From an uncultured Verrucomicrobiae bacterium (lineage in GTDB: Bacteria > Verrucomicrobiota > Verrucomicrobiia > Chthoniobacterales > JAFAMB01): a stretch of DNA of 64,000 nucleotides. Below the pieces are notes generated by a model. It did no database searches. It saw nothing but the letters and a program-made list of their open reading frames with translations, and was not told the origin of the DNA. A program made the position numbers and the translations under genes. Location of the stretch: assembly GCA_963782115.1 (NCBI GenBank), contig CAWAIK010000001.1, forward strand, positions 672,001 to 736,000, in the 5' to 3' direction. Position 1 is the stretch's first letter. The number at the start of each line of letters is the position of its first letter. Shown here in pieces: positions 43,284 through 54,046 of this stretch.

Positions 43284-43420
43284 CTTGTCAGATTAGGTGA
43301 CGCTGAACTCAACGCTTTTTTTCATCTATTAGGTATAAACTCAAAAATAGTAGATTGATTTAAGCTCCTATTTGATAACGCAAGCACCCGGTGATGTGAA
43401 GCGGCGGGTGCTTGTTTTTT
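43284..43420 (+). ncRNA. Candidate small RNA (~135 nt)
   Basis: Lies between the promoter and the terminator; only very short ORFs (about 11 codons) were seen. Confidence 0.45.
43381..43420 (+). terminator. Intrinsic terminator
   Basis: CAAGCACCCG...CGGGTGCTTG followed by TTTTTT. Confidence 0.8.
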
Positions 43421-43587
43421 ATAGGGTTAGTTCTCATTAGCCAGCCCAATCTGAAGGGATCGGCTTGCGGGTTTCCCGGCCACTCCAAGGCCAGTTCTCT
43501 CGTTTCGGGCTGAAACTGCTAAATCGAACGCAAACTCCCGGGACTCCGGAAACCTTATCCACCAGTCGACAGCAAACCTCCGACTGG

Positions 43588-43701
43588 TCGTTAGATGCTC
43601 CGATCAGCGAAGATGATTCAACCGAATTTGGCCAGATCGTCGCTGATGAAGATGCGCAGACGCCGTTCGAGTTGTTCAGAGACAAGAACATGCGCGACGT
43701 T
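43588..43701 (+). pseudogene. Sigma70 factor region 3.2 fragment
   Basis: SLDAPISEDDSTEFGQIVADEDAQTPFELFRDKNMRD. Confidence 0.8.
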
Positions 43702-44251
43702 TGCAATGAAACAAAAACACAGCTCGACAGCAGACTGTGTGGCGGCGTTCCACCACTTTATGACTGGCCAAAAGGGGACCCTTTAGCGTAGCCTTTGACG
43801 CCAATGTCAGATTCCGAACTTGCCGTTGCTTCGCCAGATTCTTTCGCAACTCCAACCATCATCACGCGCGCCGGCGTAAACTTCCGGATTCTTTCTAAAA
43901 TGTGTTTGATGTGAGATGCGCTGAATTATTGCGATTAACCGGCTGGAGCGAGTAGCCGAAGAACTGGCCGAATGTCAAATAATTAGCAAACCGGATAACG
44001 ATAAGGTTTCGTTTTACAACTTATCTGGCAGAAATCGATTCACAGCAAATGAGGTCGGAAGGCTTTGCGCATAGTAGCGTGGGGAGCTCATCCAGCTAAA
44101 CGTCCATTCGCCGGTCTCCAATCGGAATTCTCACCCAATTGGGTAATTGTTTAGCCGAGGAAGGTGCTTTCTACTTACCTGCCATGGATTATAATTGCTG
44201 AGAGAAAATGGAGCCGCGGTGGTTTCAAGCGCATTCACAGCCGAATCAAGC

Positions 44252-44281
44252 TATGACGTCTTCCTGAGTCATAACTCAAAG
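44252..44281 (+). pseudogene. TIR domain N-terminal stub
   Basis: YDVFLSHNSK, followed by a stop within 9 codons. Confidence 0.6.
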
Positions 44282-44561
44282 ACTATTTCATCGAGAAATC
44301 ATTACTAGGACAACCTGTAAGTGAAAGAAGTGATTGTATGTGCAACCGCCTAACTATCTTCATCGCTCTGGCTGGTGTTGCTTTGATAGCCAGAGACATT
44401 AACGCTGGGTCAGCCGTCGTGACGCAAGGGAAGTTCACGAACGTGTACGTCTATCCCAACTCGGACACTGAGACCTGGGAACAGCACATGGACCGTTTGC
44501 GGCCGACGGACGCGCCCAAATTCTCGCGTGCGTCGATCGACAATTTTACCGGGGGAACTAA

Positions 44562-46041
44562 TTTGACTTTGTAATTTTTAAATTGACGTTTTCCCGAATT
44601 TTTGCTGACTTGACTCTCAGCTCTAATGGAGAAGCAATTCTAAATCCGAAGAACATAGTGAAATCAAGAAGAGCCCCCTGAGAGGGGTGGCAGATCGATT
44701 TCTAAGTTTTGTGATGAGTTACGCCGAGCATTTTATAAGTTATCGGCGGGATGTGTCTGAGAAGGCTAGGCAGTATGCTTCCGGCTTGATGCAGGCAGGC
44801 TCGCGTAAAAATATCTACGCGATTTCAGAGGTAGTGCCGGAGACCGACGAACGAAATCTGCAGCAGTTTATCACTCACTCTAAATGGAGCACGCGTGAAG
44901 TGCTTGATCATGTGGCACGCGATGCAGATGAGTTGATCGGGGATACAACGGACGCCGCGCTGATTATCGACGAGAGTGGGTTTGCCAAACAAGGCAAGAT
45001 GTCTGTCGGCGCCAGTCGTCAATACCTAGGGCGATTGGGTAAGGTCGATAATGGGCAGGTGGCAGTCTTCGGAGTTTTGGCCAAGGGACGTTTTGCCACA
45101 GCCATTGATACTCGGCTCTACTTGCCCAAAGAATGGACCGATGATCCGCAGCGATGCAACCGGGCTGGCATCCCGGAAAGCGAACAGGTCTTTAAGACCA
45201 AAAACCAACTGGCTCTGGAAATCGTTGAGCAGGCCCGTCGCAACGGAGTGCGCTTTGGCTGGGTTGGAGCCGATGCGGGCTATGGCAGCGGTCCGGATTT
45301 TCTCTTTGCTTTGGAGGATGGCGGCCACAACTTCCTGGTCGACGTTCACAAGAGCTTCATGGTCTACGAGATTGATCCGCAGCCCGCCATTCCACCAGAG
45401 CCTTCAAGTAAGGGGCCCAAAGCAAGGCGCAAGATTACCGGAAAGAAGGGTCTGAGCGTCGAGGAGTTGGTGGAATCATACTCCCTGAAAGATTGGAAGA
45501 TTTGCAATGTCAGAGAAACTACTCGGGGCTCGCTCAAACTTCGGGTGTTACGTAAGAGCGTAGATGTGTGGGACAAGCAGAGCGAGCAGGCGCGTCGCTA
45601 TGAACTCTTGGTCACCGAGAACATGGACGGAGAAGATCGGAAGTATTCATTGACCAACCTAAATCCGTCGACCTCGACGCGGCGTCTAAGCTGGATGCAG
45701 AGACAACGCTATTGGGTAGAACGGTGCTTTGAGGATGGCAAGGGTCAGTGCGGCATGGCGGACTACCAGGTGCGCCTTTGGAATGCGTGGCACCATCATA
45801 TGGCACTGGTGATGATGGCAATGCTCTTCATGCTGACCGAAAAACTCCAGATGAAAGACCAATGCCCTTTGCTAAGTTGCGCGGACATCGAGAAGTTGCT
45901 AGCGGCATTCCTACCGCGAAAGGACGCGAGCCCAGAGCAAGTCTATAGTCATATGAAGCGTCGCCACGAAATGCGAAGACGAGCGATCGAGTCTCACGCC
46001 AAATGCAATGCGCAGCGGCGATCTAAAGTAACGTAGTCAAA
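44562..46041 (+). mobile_element. IS701-family insertion sequence
   Basis: Imperfect IRs beginning TTTGACT; CTAA duplicated at 44558-44561 and 46042-46045. Confidence 0.9.
44687..46036 (+). CDS. IS701-family transposase
   Basis: IIDESGFAKQG..SVGASRQYLG..GKVDNGQV, RLYLPKEW, ADAGYG, RYWVERCFEDGK..GMADYQVR.W..WHHH. Confidence 0.95.
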   Translation: MADRFLSFVMSYAEHFISYRRDVSEKARQYASGLMQAGSRKNIYAISEVVPETDERNLQQFITHSKWSTREVLDHVARDADELIGDTTDAALIIDESGFAKQGKMSVGASRQYLGRLGKVDNGQVAVFGVLAKGRFATAIDTRLYLPKEWTDDPQRCNRAGIPESEQVFKTKNQLALEIVEQARRNGVRFGWVGADAGYGSGPDFLFALEDGGHNFLVDVHKSFMVYEIDPQPAIPPEPSSKGPKARRKITGKKGLSVEELVESYSLKDWKICNVRETTRGSLKLRVLRKSVDVWDKQSEQARRYELLVTENMDGEDRKYSLTNLNPSTSTRRLSWMQRQRYWVERCFEDGKGQCGMADYQVRLWNAWHHHMALVMMAMLFMLTEKLQMKDQCPLLSCADIEKLLAAFLPRKDASPEQVYSHMKRRHEMRRRAIESHAKCNAQRRSKVT

Positions 46042-47983
46042 CTAATGAGTCCTAGTTGGCCGTCGTATTTCGACGCGCTGTTCCAATATTCGGGCCTACC
46101 CGCCGCAGTTCTTCGGCAGCGCCGTAGCAACCAAGGCGTGCGTCGACGCCGCGTTGAAGGACGTGCAGAAGGGCGTGCTCCAGTGGGACACTATCCGCTC
46201 CCTGGCAAACTGCCACATCGCAGGCATGGATCCATCCCCTCAGGTGAATCTGATCTTCAGCCCGGACATCAAGATCGCGGCGATCGTTCCCTTCGGCACC
46301 GGCCCAGAGATGTGCACACCTTGCCAGCCTAACGCGTGGCACGCGTGGGGTCTAAACACGCCGAACTTCACGGTTCTGCCGACGAGCATCGCTTGCATGC
46401 CTGCCTTTGACGATTTTACCAAGGCAATGTCGCATGAGATCGTGGAGACGGTGTCCGATCCAGCGGGAATGGGGATGGGGGAGTTCGGCCAGAACGAACT
46501 TGGTGACAACTGTCAAGACAGTCCGGACGGATACGCCACCTGGAAGGGATTCGCGGTTTCGCGCTATTGGTCAAACTTCGATAAAGACTGTCAGCCGCGG
46601 CTCGATCCACCTACTCGCTCCGTCGCGGAGATTTGGGTTTTGGGAGAGGGCTTGCCGCTACAGCGCTTCACTGGGAGTGTACACGATCTCGGCGTGAACG
46701 TGCCGAGCTCTCGTGTGACCTCGGACGCGCCGGTGACGCAGGTCATGCTCGTGATTCAGACGGGTAGCGACGATCTGCGCGGAGGCAGCAACACGAGCGA
46801 CAACGCGGATGCCGTATTGAACTTCGTGGGCGGCAGCCAGCGCACATTTAACATCAATCAGGGCCGCGGCTGGGGGAATGGAGAGACGCATGCGGTGCTC
46901 CTTGCCCTTCCAGCGAGTCGGCCTCGCGTCAGCGACATAACCGGAGTTACGATCACGACGCACTTTGGCGGTGGCCTATCAGGGGACAACTGGAACGTTG
47001 ACAAAGTCGCCTTGATTGTGAGCTTCGCTGCGGGAAGCACAATCACCGTCCCGACGCCGACGATCGTGCACGAGTGGCTCGACGCGTCCGGCGCACCATT
47101 AGTGCGCTTCACGGGCCAAGTGCACGACTTCTCCGAGTCCATCGGTGCCCAGGACGTCGGTAAGGACATTCGCGTGCTCGACCTCGTCATCTCGACCGGC
47201 AACGATGATCTGCGCGGTGGGTCGAATGCCGGCGACAACTGCGACGTGACGGTACAACTCACTTCCGGCAATACGATCAGGCTCAACAACGTCAACGCGG
47301 GCCGAAACTGGAAAAACTGGTCAGCCAATACAGTCGCCATCCCGCTGCCGGATGGAGGATTGAAGGGTGGCGAGGTCAAGACAGTGACCCTGCACACCGG
47401 CTTCGGCGGAGGAATATCGGGCGATAATTGGAATGTCAACAGACTGCAGCTTCAAGCTACGCTGAAATAGTACATATGAAGCACTCCATTCTTGTCTGCA
47501 CAATCGCCTGCGTTCTCATCGGGCTATTTTCCGCTTCGATTCTGTACGCACCAGAACTCCGGATTGAACGGAGGTATGATTTCCAAAGAGAAGCAAGGGA
47601 ACGATTGGAGAAAGTACCTGGCTTAACCGACAGGCAGCATGAGGAAATGATGAACAATCCGCGCTGGATCGAGCAGTCGGCCTTCAACTCCAGAGCGAGA
47701 GCAATGAAGAGCAGCGCGAAGGAGGAGATCATGAGAACGTATTGCCCGTTTTTGCAATCGCACTCGCGGCCGTGTTTCTTTCCTCGTCACAGAGAAACGG
47801 CAGCCACGGAAAGGAGAGTCAGCTAGACTAGATGGCACCTGGGAGCAGGTTTCCGGACAGCAGCTCCCCAAAGGAGCACGGGATATCAAGATAATTTCGG
47901 GAGGACACTTCATTTTGTTGCTTCAGGCACTCGCTCAAATGGAAAAGGTCTGTCGAAACTTGGAAGCGGGTTAACTGATTGGC

Positions 47984-48439
47984 TTACGCCTTCGTGTTCA
48001 GGTTCTTCATTTGATTCCCTGCACATGGAGCGGGAGCCCCAGCCTTACTGCGCGGCATGCTGTTCGATAAGATCGGCGACTGCCTCCGGGTTGTCGGCCA
48101 GCAGGTAGTGGCCGGCGCCCTTTGATCTCCGAGTTCGGGATGGAAGCTCAATAGGGCGCCTTTGTCGCCGTGTTCGATCTTGAACGAAAGCGTAGTTCCC
48201 ACCCACTCTTCAGCGCCTTTGATGCAAAGCCATTTTACCCAATTGGGAGGTTCTAGCTCCATGATCTTCATTTCCTTGAAGTAGTCCGGGCCGAAAGGAA
48301 AACGTGCTATGCTGTTGAGTTCCGGCGTTGCCTTTGCGCCAGGTGTCCACCACCCCGATAGTCCTTCCTGGGTGGTGATTGCACCATAAACCGTTTCAGC
48401 CGGAGCACCGATGAGTAGTTCATGATGAATGTTTGGCAT
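47984..48439 (-). CDS. SRPBCC domain protein, probably 3'-truncated
   Basis: IHHELLIGAPAETVYGAITT.EGLSGWW; WVGT. Confidence 0.8.
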   Translation of the reverse strand: MPNIHHELLIGAPAETVYGAITTQEGLSGWWTPGAKATPELNSIARFPFGPDYFKEMKIMELEPPNWVKWLCIKGAEEWVGTTLSFKIEHGDKGALLSFHPELGDQRAPATTCWPTTRRQSPILSNSMPRSKAGAPAPCAGNQMKNLNTKA

Positions 48440-48466
48440 TGATGACTCCTATTCTTGGTGAAGGGT

Positions 48467-48643
48467 CTAGCCTGCTTGCCCGCCAGGCCAACAGGTCGGT
48501 TCCCAGGGCATCGCCATCCGGCGCCGAGTCAGCGCTTCGCGTTGCCGCGTAAATTCCTTCTCAGCAGCTAGCAATTCCAGGCGAGCCTGCAGCCATTTTG
48601 CTTGCGAAACTACTTGATCGTTTTCTAGACGGGTTTCGGTCAT
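48467..48643 (-). pseudogene. DUF899 family N-terminal stub
   Basis: VVSQAKWLQARLELLAAEKEFTRQREALTRRRMAMPWE then stop. Confidence 0.75.
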
Positions 48644-48670
48644 TGTGATTTCTTGCTTGGGTTTTGGTAG

Positions 48671-49090
48671 TTAACAAATCGGGTTGCCTTCCCTCTCCAA
48701 CGCCTCCCCCAGGCGGGTTAAAATGTGACCCCACCCTTGTTCGGATGATTGGAAAACGTCTTCTTCCCCGGCCGGTAGTGCCTCCCAACCAGAATGGGTC
48801 AAAACTAACTTCGTCTCTTCTCCGAGCTGAGACAGGACAAACGAAACTAATGTCTCCACGCTCGCAGCGGGAGGTTTGAAGCTGTATACTAACTTTTCAT
48901 TAGGAACGACTTCTCGCACTACGCATTCGACCGTTCCCTGATCCTCACAGCGCAGAGTAAAGCTCTTTCCTGCCTTGGGCTCGAAATCGGTTGGCAAAAA
49001 CCAGGTAGCAAGTTTTTGCGGATCGGTTAGGTGCTTCCACACTTTCTCGACTGACGCCTTAATAATGATTTCCTTTCGAATGATCTTCAC
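48671..49090 (-). CDS. SRPBCC/AHSA1 domain protein
   Basis: [20 protein letters not shown]...[10 protein letters not shown]...GW. Confidence 0.88.
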   Translation of the reverse strand: MKIIRKEIIIKASVEKVWKHLTDPQKLATWFLPTDFEPKAGKSFTLRCEDQGTVECVVREVVPNEKLVYSFKPPAASVETLVSFVLSQLGEETKLVLTHSGWEALPAGEEDVFQSSEQGWGHILTRLGEALEREGNPIC

Positions 49091-49180
49091 GGCTTTTTTT
49101 CTACCTGCTTCTTCAGATTCTCCAATTTCTCATCCCAGAAGCCCTCAAACTTAGACAACCAACCATGAATCGGACTTGCG
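49087..49180 (-). pseudogene. ArsR-family regulator C-terminal remnant
   Basis: [21 protein letters not shown], overlapping the SRPBCC start; 5' part replaced by Tn3 DNA. Confidence 0.65.
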
Positions 49181-49911
49181 AAACGAAGAACACTATACCG
49201 ATACGGCCGGCTTCACCGACCACGTGTTTGGCCTCTGCCACTTGTTGGGCTTCCGTTTTGCGCCCCCCATTCGTGATCTCGCCTACCGGCGGCTGTACAC
49301 CGCCGAAAAAGCCAAGCGCTATCCGACGCTTCAGCCCTTTATCGGTGGCGCGATCAACCCTCAAACAACTCCTGGCCCAGTGGTCAGAGATCCTACGGCT
49401 TGGTTGCTCCATCCGCCTGGGCACGGTGACCTCCTCGCTGATCCTGCGAAAACTGGCCAGCTACCCGCGACAGAATGCTCTCGCCTTGGCTTTGCGGGAA
49501 TTTGGCCGGATCGAACGCACGCTCTTTACGCTCGACTGGCTGCTCGACAAGGATCTGCACCAGCGCGTGACCGCCGGCCTCAACAAAGGAGAACTCAAAA
49601 ATTCGCTGGCGAAGGCCGTCTGCTTTAATCGCTTAGGGGAGCTGCGCGACCGCAGCTTTGAGGCGCAACGTCACCGCGCAAGCGGCCTAAACCTGGTGGT
49701 TGCCGCGATTATCCTGTGGAATACCGTTTATCTGGAACGCGCGATCGGGGCGCTTCGCCAGCAAGGGCGGCAAGTCGACGAAGGCTTACTCCAGCACGTG
49801 GCGCCGGTCCATTGGAACCACAGCAACCTCACCGGCGATTACTCCTGGCGGCAGAACAAACGCGTCGAGAAGGGCGGTTTCCGGCCACTCAGGATCTCGC
49901 CTGAACCTTAG
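49180..49911 (+). pseudogene. tnpA: Tn3-family transposase C-terminal fragment
   Basis: [14 protein letters not shown], (frameshift) RIERTLF, LNKGE, LWNTVY; stop lies inside the IR. Confidence 0.92.
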
Positions 49912-50352
49912 CGTACTTTATTTCCCCATATTCCGAGTTCCGGAATATTCCGAGTAGGGGTTCCAAACTGGCTCCGTCCTTGCGTTTCATTGGGAAAAAC
50001 TCGGAATATTAAAAGAGAGGCGTGAAACGCCGGCGGCGCGTCGTCGGCCTTGGACCCTCACGCCGAGAGATGCGCTTTTTGCGATTCGTTCCGACGCCCG
50101 TTCTTGATTTCAGGACCCGCAGCGACACAAATGCGCGTTCCCTCGAAGCTCTTGGTTTTCGGGCGAACGACAATTCACTTCTGCTTCTGCCGCCAAGTTG
50201 ACTGGCAGGAATATTCCGAGTTCAGAAAGTCCGCCCTCCTAGCTTTATCAGCGTCGGCCTTCGCCAAGAACGGACAACTCGGAATATTCCGGAACTCGGA
50301 ATATCTGCAGTATTCCGTTAACGGAATACTTCCCCTTTCGTCAAACGACCCC
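49907..50352. repeat. Tn3/Tn21-type 38-bp IR split by an insertion
   Basis: 49907-49927 + 50336-50352 rejoin as CTTAGCGTACTTTATTTCCCCTTTCGTCAAACGACCCC (38 bp). Confidence 0.88.
49928..50329. mobile_element. 402-bp MITE-like insert with TTCCCC duplication
   Basis: Perfect 28-bp IR (49928-49955 / 50277-50304); terminal palindrome GTATTCCGTTAACGGAATAC. Confidence 0.78.
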
Positions 50353-50392
50353 AATATGTGCTCAACCCGGACGACATTCGCTAAAACCGACC

Positions 50393-50430
50393 CTTAAAGG
50401 ATATTTTTACACCGATCTGGGCGGGACCCT
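50393..50430. repeat. Second Tn3-like 38-bp terminal repeat
   Basis: CTTAAAGGATATTTTTACACCGATCTGGGCGGGACCCT: 38 bp, CTTA...ACCC pattern. Confidence 0.6.
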
Positions 50431-50593
50431 TACAGGAGCTGGCGATTTATGTTGAGCAGACGATCCGTCTCAGCTCGATTGCCGCGGGCTTTTTAAGAGC
50501 TTTTTCAGTAAAAGTTTCTCGAACCGACGTACAGCAATTCTATATGGACGGGCTCCTTCGCGGGCATAAAGTTACCGGCGCATATTCCATTAA

Positions 50594-50776
50594 ATGAAGT
50601 CGCAAGAAGCCAAGACTCTGCAAGTGGGCGATCCTGTAGTCTGGATTCCCGATAAGGGAAAGGGCGAAGTGGTTGAGATAAATCACTGCTCTGTCAAGAT
50701 ACTCTGGGAGGACGGCCAATCCGGCATCTTCCAATTCACTGACTTGATGTCTCAAATTGAAAGACCTTCCCAATAA
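50594..50776 (+). CDS. Small hypothetical protein (SH3/KOW-like)
   Basis: LQVGDPVVW...GEVVE...VKILWEDG. Confidence 0.55.
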   Translation: MKSQEAKTLQVGDPVVWIPDKGKGEVVEINHCSVKILWEDGQSGIFQFTDLMSQIERPSQ

Positions 50777-50960
50777 TCATACAGCGGGATAACAAGTTGA
50801 CAGCATGGCTTTGGTTACGGCAAACGGGCCAAGACATTGGTTTCGTAAGTGGCCTTGAATGCTTTCAAGTCCGACGCAGCTTGGGCCGCTGCACCTAGAC
50901 GCGGTTCCGGTCTTCTCAGTTTTTTACCAGTCTCGCTCGCGGCTATATCATTGTTGTCTG

Positions 50961-51310
50961 ATGTTGACCACTACACGTCTCCGGCTACGGCTCTGGCGCG
51001 ACGAAGATTTGCCAAGCTTCGCAGCGCTAAACTCAGACCCTCGCGTCATGCAATTTATGGTTATGCTGCTGGACCGCCGGAAAGCGATGCGAGCGCCGAA
51101 CGTATAAAGCAGCACTTCACCCGACATGGCTTCGGTCTATGGGCTTCGCCTCCTTTACTGTTCCAGCCAACCAGCGCTCCCGAAACGTAATGGAGCGTAT
51201 CGGGATGACGCGTTCTCCGGATGACGATTTTAAGCATCCGCTCCTGCAAGAGGGTCATCCGCTTCGCCACCACGTCCTTTACCGACGCGCTCGTCCTGTA
51301 CAGTTTGACG
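50961..51310 (+). pseudogene. RimJ/RimL-type GNAT acetyltransferase remnant
   Basis: LTTTRLRLRLWRDEDLPSFAALNSDPRVM; frameshifted HGFGLWA. Confidence 0.8.
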
Positions 51311-51413
51311 CCTAAAAGAAGATTCGCTTCAACCTATGCTCAATGTAAGTGACTTGCGTTCAAAGAGTTATTTCCAAGCCAATTGTAAATATTCGGTGAA
51401 GACGCTGGGGGGC

Positions 51414-52298
51414 TTAGCGCGTGAGAATCTCTTTGAAATCGGGACGCAAAGGATACAGGAAGATGGCCTTCTGTGGCAGGATGGTTTGATGGTGTTTCTC
51501 GAGTTTACCACGGCCTTTGGTCAGCCCGACGTATTGCCAGTTGGCGGCGCGGTAGGTTGTGCCGGTAAAACGGGGTAGCTGGACGAAGGTTTCCAGTAGA
51601 ACGGGTCGGTAGCCATAATGGGAGAACCAATCGGCAGCAAGACGGCGACAGACCAAGCCCAGTACGCGGGAGGCCAGATTGGGGCAGTGCACCCAGGGCA
51701 GCAGCAGAAAGCGGTGATTGTTGAGCACCAGGTGCAGATTGCGCTGGCGTTGGGCACTCGACCAGCCAATGAGGCGATCCCGGTCGGCGAGCGACCAAGC
51801 GCTGGCGCCAAAGCCCAAGCCGCCCAGCAGCCGGGAGCCGTTGAATAGGAGGTAACGCAACTGGGCGCCGGCCATGGGACAGTAACCTAGGTAGTGATGT
51901 TGGACCATTATCTGACGGTAAAGCAGACGCTCAGGGAGAGTGCGAGCTAATACCAGATTCAATGGGTGAAGTTGATGTGCGGGCAGGGTCAGGGGGGTTT
52001 GTTCAAAGGCTAAAAGATTCTGAGCCGAGAGTTGCTTTTTGCCGTTGCCGTTACGGGCACGTGGCGACGGGAGCACTAGCAAGCCAGCTCGCTCCATGCG
52101 CAGCAGCGCGACCTTGCAACTCATCTCCTTGAGTCGGCCCTGGGCATTGAGCCAGCCGAACTCCTGGCAGACTTGTCGCGCGAGCTGACTACGGCAAACT
52201 TGGCCTTGGACGATGATAGCTCGGATGCGCTCCAGTTCGCCGGGGCTGAAGTCCCGTCCGCAGAAGCGCGCCGAAGCACTGGTCTGCGCTCTGCTCAT
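51414..52298 (-). CDS. DUF4338 / DruA-like protein
   Basis: HHYLG, RDRLIGW, NNHRFLLLPW...NLASRVL, ETFV..RFTGTTYRAANW..VGLTKGRG; start overlaps the tnpC stop. Confidence 0.9.
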   Translation of the reverse strand: MSRAQTSASARFCGRDFSPGELERIRAIIVQGQVCRSQLARQVCQEFGWLNAQGRLKEMSCKVALLRMERAGLLVLPSPRARNGNGKKQLSAQNLLAFEQTPLTLPAHQLHPLNLVLARTLPERLLYRQIMVQHHYLGYCPMAGAQLRYLLFNGSRLLGGLGFGASAWSLADRDRLIGWSSAQRQRNLHLVLNNHRFLLLPWVHCPNLASRVLGLVCRRLAADWFSHYGYRPVLLETFVQLPRFTGTTYRAANWQYVGLTKGRGKLEKHHQTILPQKAIFLYPLRPDFKEILTR

Positions 52299-52963
52299 GG
52301 CGCGCGCGCCTGGGAGCTCACGGGCGGTTCCTCGACTCCGGCAGCATCGTGGTGGATAAAGTTCCAGGGCAGCCAGCGTTCCAGTTGCTCGGGCGCTTTG
52401 GACCCGTTAACCGCGCAGGCTTGCAGGTAGGCCGTGAGATAGGTCCGAGGATTGACGTTGTGCAGGAGCAAGGTCTGCAAGAGAGTTAACATCATGGCCA
52501 GCAGTTGTGCGCTCCAGCGCGAGGCGCTGCCGTAGTAGTTTTTACGCCCAAGCGTGCCGGGACGGATCGCCCGTTCGGCGCCGTTGTTATCCATCGGGAT
52601 TTGCGGATGATCGGCAAAGAGCGTCAGCCCCGGCCAATGGGATTGGAGGCTGCCGAGCACTTTGCGTCGAAGTCGGCTCGGATGGTTCTGGGCCAGTTCC
52701 CGGGCCGACTGCTGCGCCATCTCGGCCAGCGCCTGGTGGAGGGCCTCATCGGCTTGCGCATAGCCAGAGCTCCTCATGCGTTCGGTGTCAAGTTCGACAA
52801 AGGGCGCGGGCAAGGACACCGGGCAGTTCTGGCTTTTTGCTAATGTTAGTCGCTGCTCGTTTAATTCATAGAGTTTAGCAATCCGATCGATCCAACTATC
52901 CGCCCAGAGCTGATCCTCTCGGCCGACCAGCCGCAGTTGAAGAAAATCCCGTCGCACATGCGC
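52295..52963 (-). pseudogene. IS66 TnpC C-terminal part
   Basis: AHVRRDF...IPMDNNGAERAIRP..LGRKN. Confidence 0.9.
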
Positions 52964-52991
52964 CTTATGTGGAGCTCCACATAAGGCGCAT
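52958..52991. repeat. Perfect 34-bp palindrome at the insertion junction
   Basis: ATGCGCCTTATGTGGAG|CTCCACATAAGGCGCAT. Confidence 0.9.
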
Positions 52992-53155
52992 TGGACTAAA
53001 CCGCTTCGCGGTATTTGGTAGCGCGACGTCCCAAGAGTAACCTCGCGCGAGCGCAGCGAGTTCGACTCAACTTCAGTGGCAAGATACGGAGGCGCCGTTG
53101 CGAGCGCGTGGAAAAGCTGTTTGCAGCAAAGCCCACCAGCGCAAATGAGCTCTCC

Positions 53156-54037
53156 ATGACATCGCTTCGACGACGCATGACCGAGGACATGCAGGTGAGG
53201 AATCTCTCACCGCATACACAAGACTCATACGTGCAACAGATCTCTCTGTTTGCGCGCCATTTCAGTAAATCACCGGAAATACTGGGCCCTGAGGAGATTC
53301 GCTCTTACCAGCTCTATCTAACCAACGAAAAGAAACTGGCTCCCAGTTCAATCCTCATCGCCATAGCCGCTCTTCGCTTTCTCTACAAAGTCACGCTTCA
53401 TAAGGATTGGAGCCTGGAAGAAATTATCCCGGCGCCCAAGAAGCCTCAGAAGTTGCCTATTGTCTTGAGTCCCGAAGAGGTCCTGCAGTTCTTAAGCTGC
53501 GTACAGAGCTTCAAGCATCGCACCATCCTGGCCATCTGTTACGCTGCCGGGTTGCGCATCTCAGAGGCTGTCCGGCTGAAAGTCGCCGATATCGACAGCC
53601 AGCGAATGGTCATTCGAGTCGAACTAGGGAAAGGGCAAAAAGATCGCGATGTCATGCTTTCACCAAAGTTGCTGCAAATCCTGCGTCGCTGGTGGCCGGT
53701 GAACAAGCCCAAGCAGTGGCTCTTCCCAGGCGATCGAGTCGGCGGCCACATTACCAGGGCGGCGGTGGAGGACGCGTGCCAAAAGGCGCATCGAATTTGC
53801 CGGATTTCCAAACCGATCACACCGCATTCGCTTCGGCACGCATTCGCAGTTCATCTGCTGGAATCCGGCACCGACGTGCGCACCATTCAACTGCTGCTTG
53901 GTCATCGCAGCCTGGCTACCACGGCCCGCTATCTGCGCATCGCCACTACCAAGGTGTGCTCCACCACCAGCCCACTCGATCTGCTCCCGCAGCCGGTTGC
54001 CGCTGAGCCCGAGCCCGCTCCACCACAGTACTTCTAG
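53156..54037 (+). CDS. Tyrosine recombinase with N-terminal SAM-like domain
   Basis: LRRRMTEDMQVRNLS; YAAGLRISE; GKGQKDR; HSLRHAFA; LLGH...TARY. Confidence 0.93.
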   Translation: MTSLRRRMTEDMQVRNLSPHTQDSYVQQISLFARHFSKSPEILGPEEIRSYQLYLTNEKKLAPSSILIAIAALRFLYKVTLHKDWSLEEIIPAPKKPQKLPIVLSPEEVLQFLSCVQSFKHRTILAICYAAGLRISEAVRLKVADIDSQRMVIRVELGKGQKDRDVMLSPKLLQILRRWWPVNKPKQWLFPGDRVGGHITRAAVEDACQKAHRICRISKPITPHSLRHAFAVHLLESGTDVRTIQLLLGHRSLATTARYLRIATTKVCSTTSPLDLLPQPVAAEPEPAPPQYF

Positions 54038-54046
54038 CTCCGGGAC

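Larger units (their letters stand above)
44338..47470 (+). pseudogene. Secreted protein gene interrupted by IS701 and frameshifts
   Basis: Signal peptide at 44338; continues after the IS (MSPSWPSYF...); SHEIVETVSDP; two tandem TGxDDLRGG...GGGxSGDNWNV domains. Confidence 0.75.

Noticed and set aside
43790..43915. RKFTPARV, reminiscent of ethanolamine ammonia-lyase EutC
   Set aside because: Too short, and similarity does not continue.
51414..52298. Druantia anti-phage system
   Set aside because: No DruE helicase or other Dru genes are present; both DUF4338 copies lie inside IS boundaries.
53156..54037. Integron integrase
   Set aside because: Lacks the IntI-specific insertion, no attC cassettes follow, and it is paired with an IS91-type transposase.
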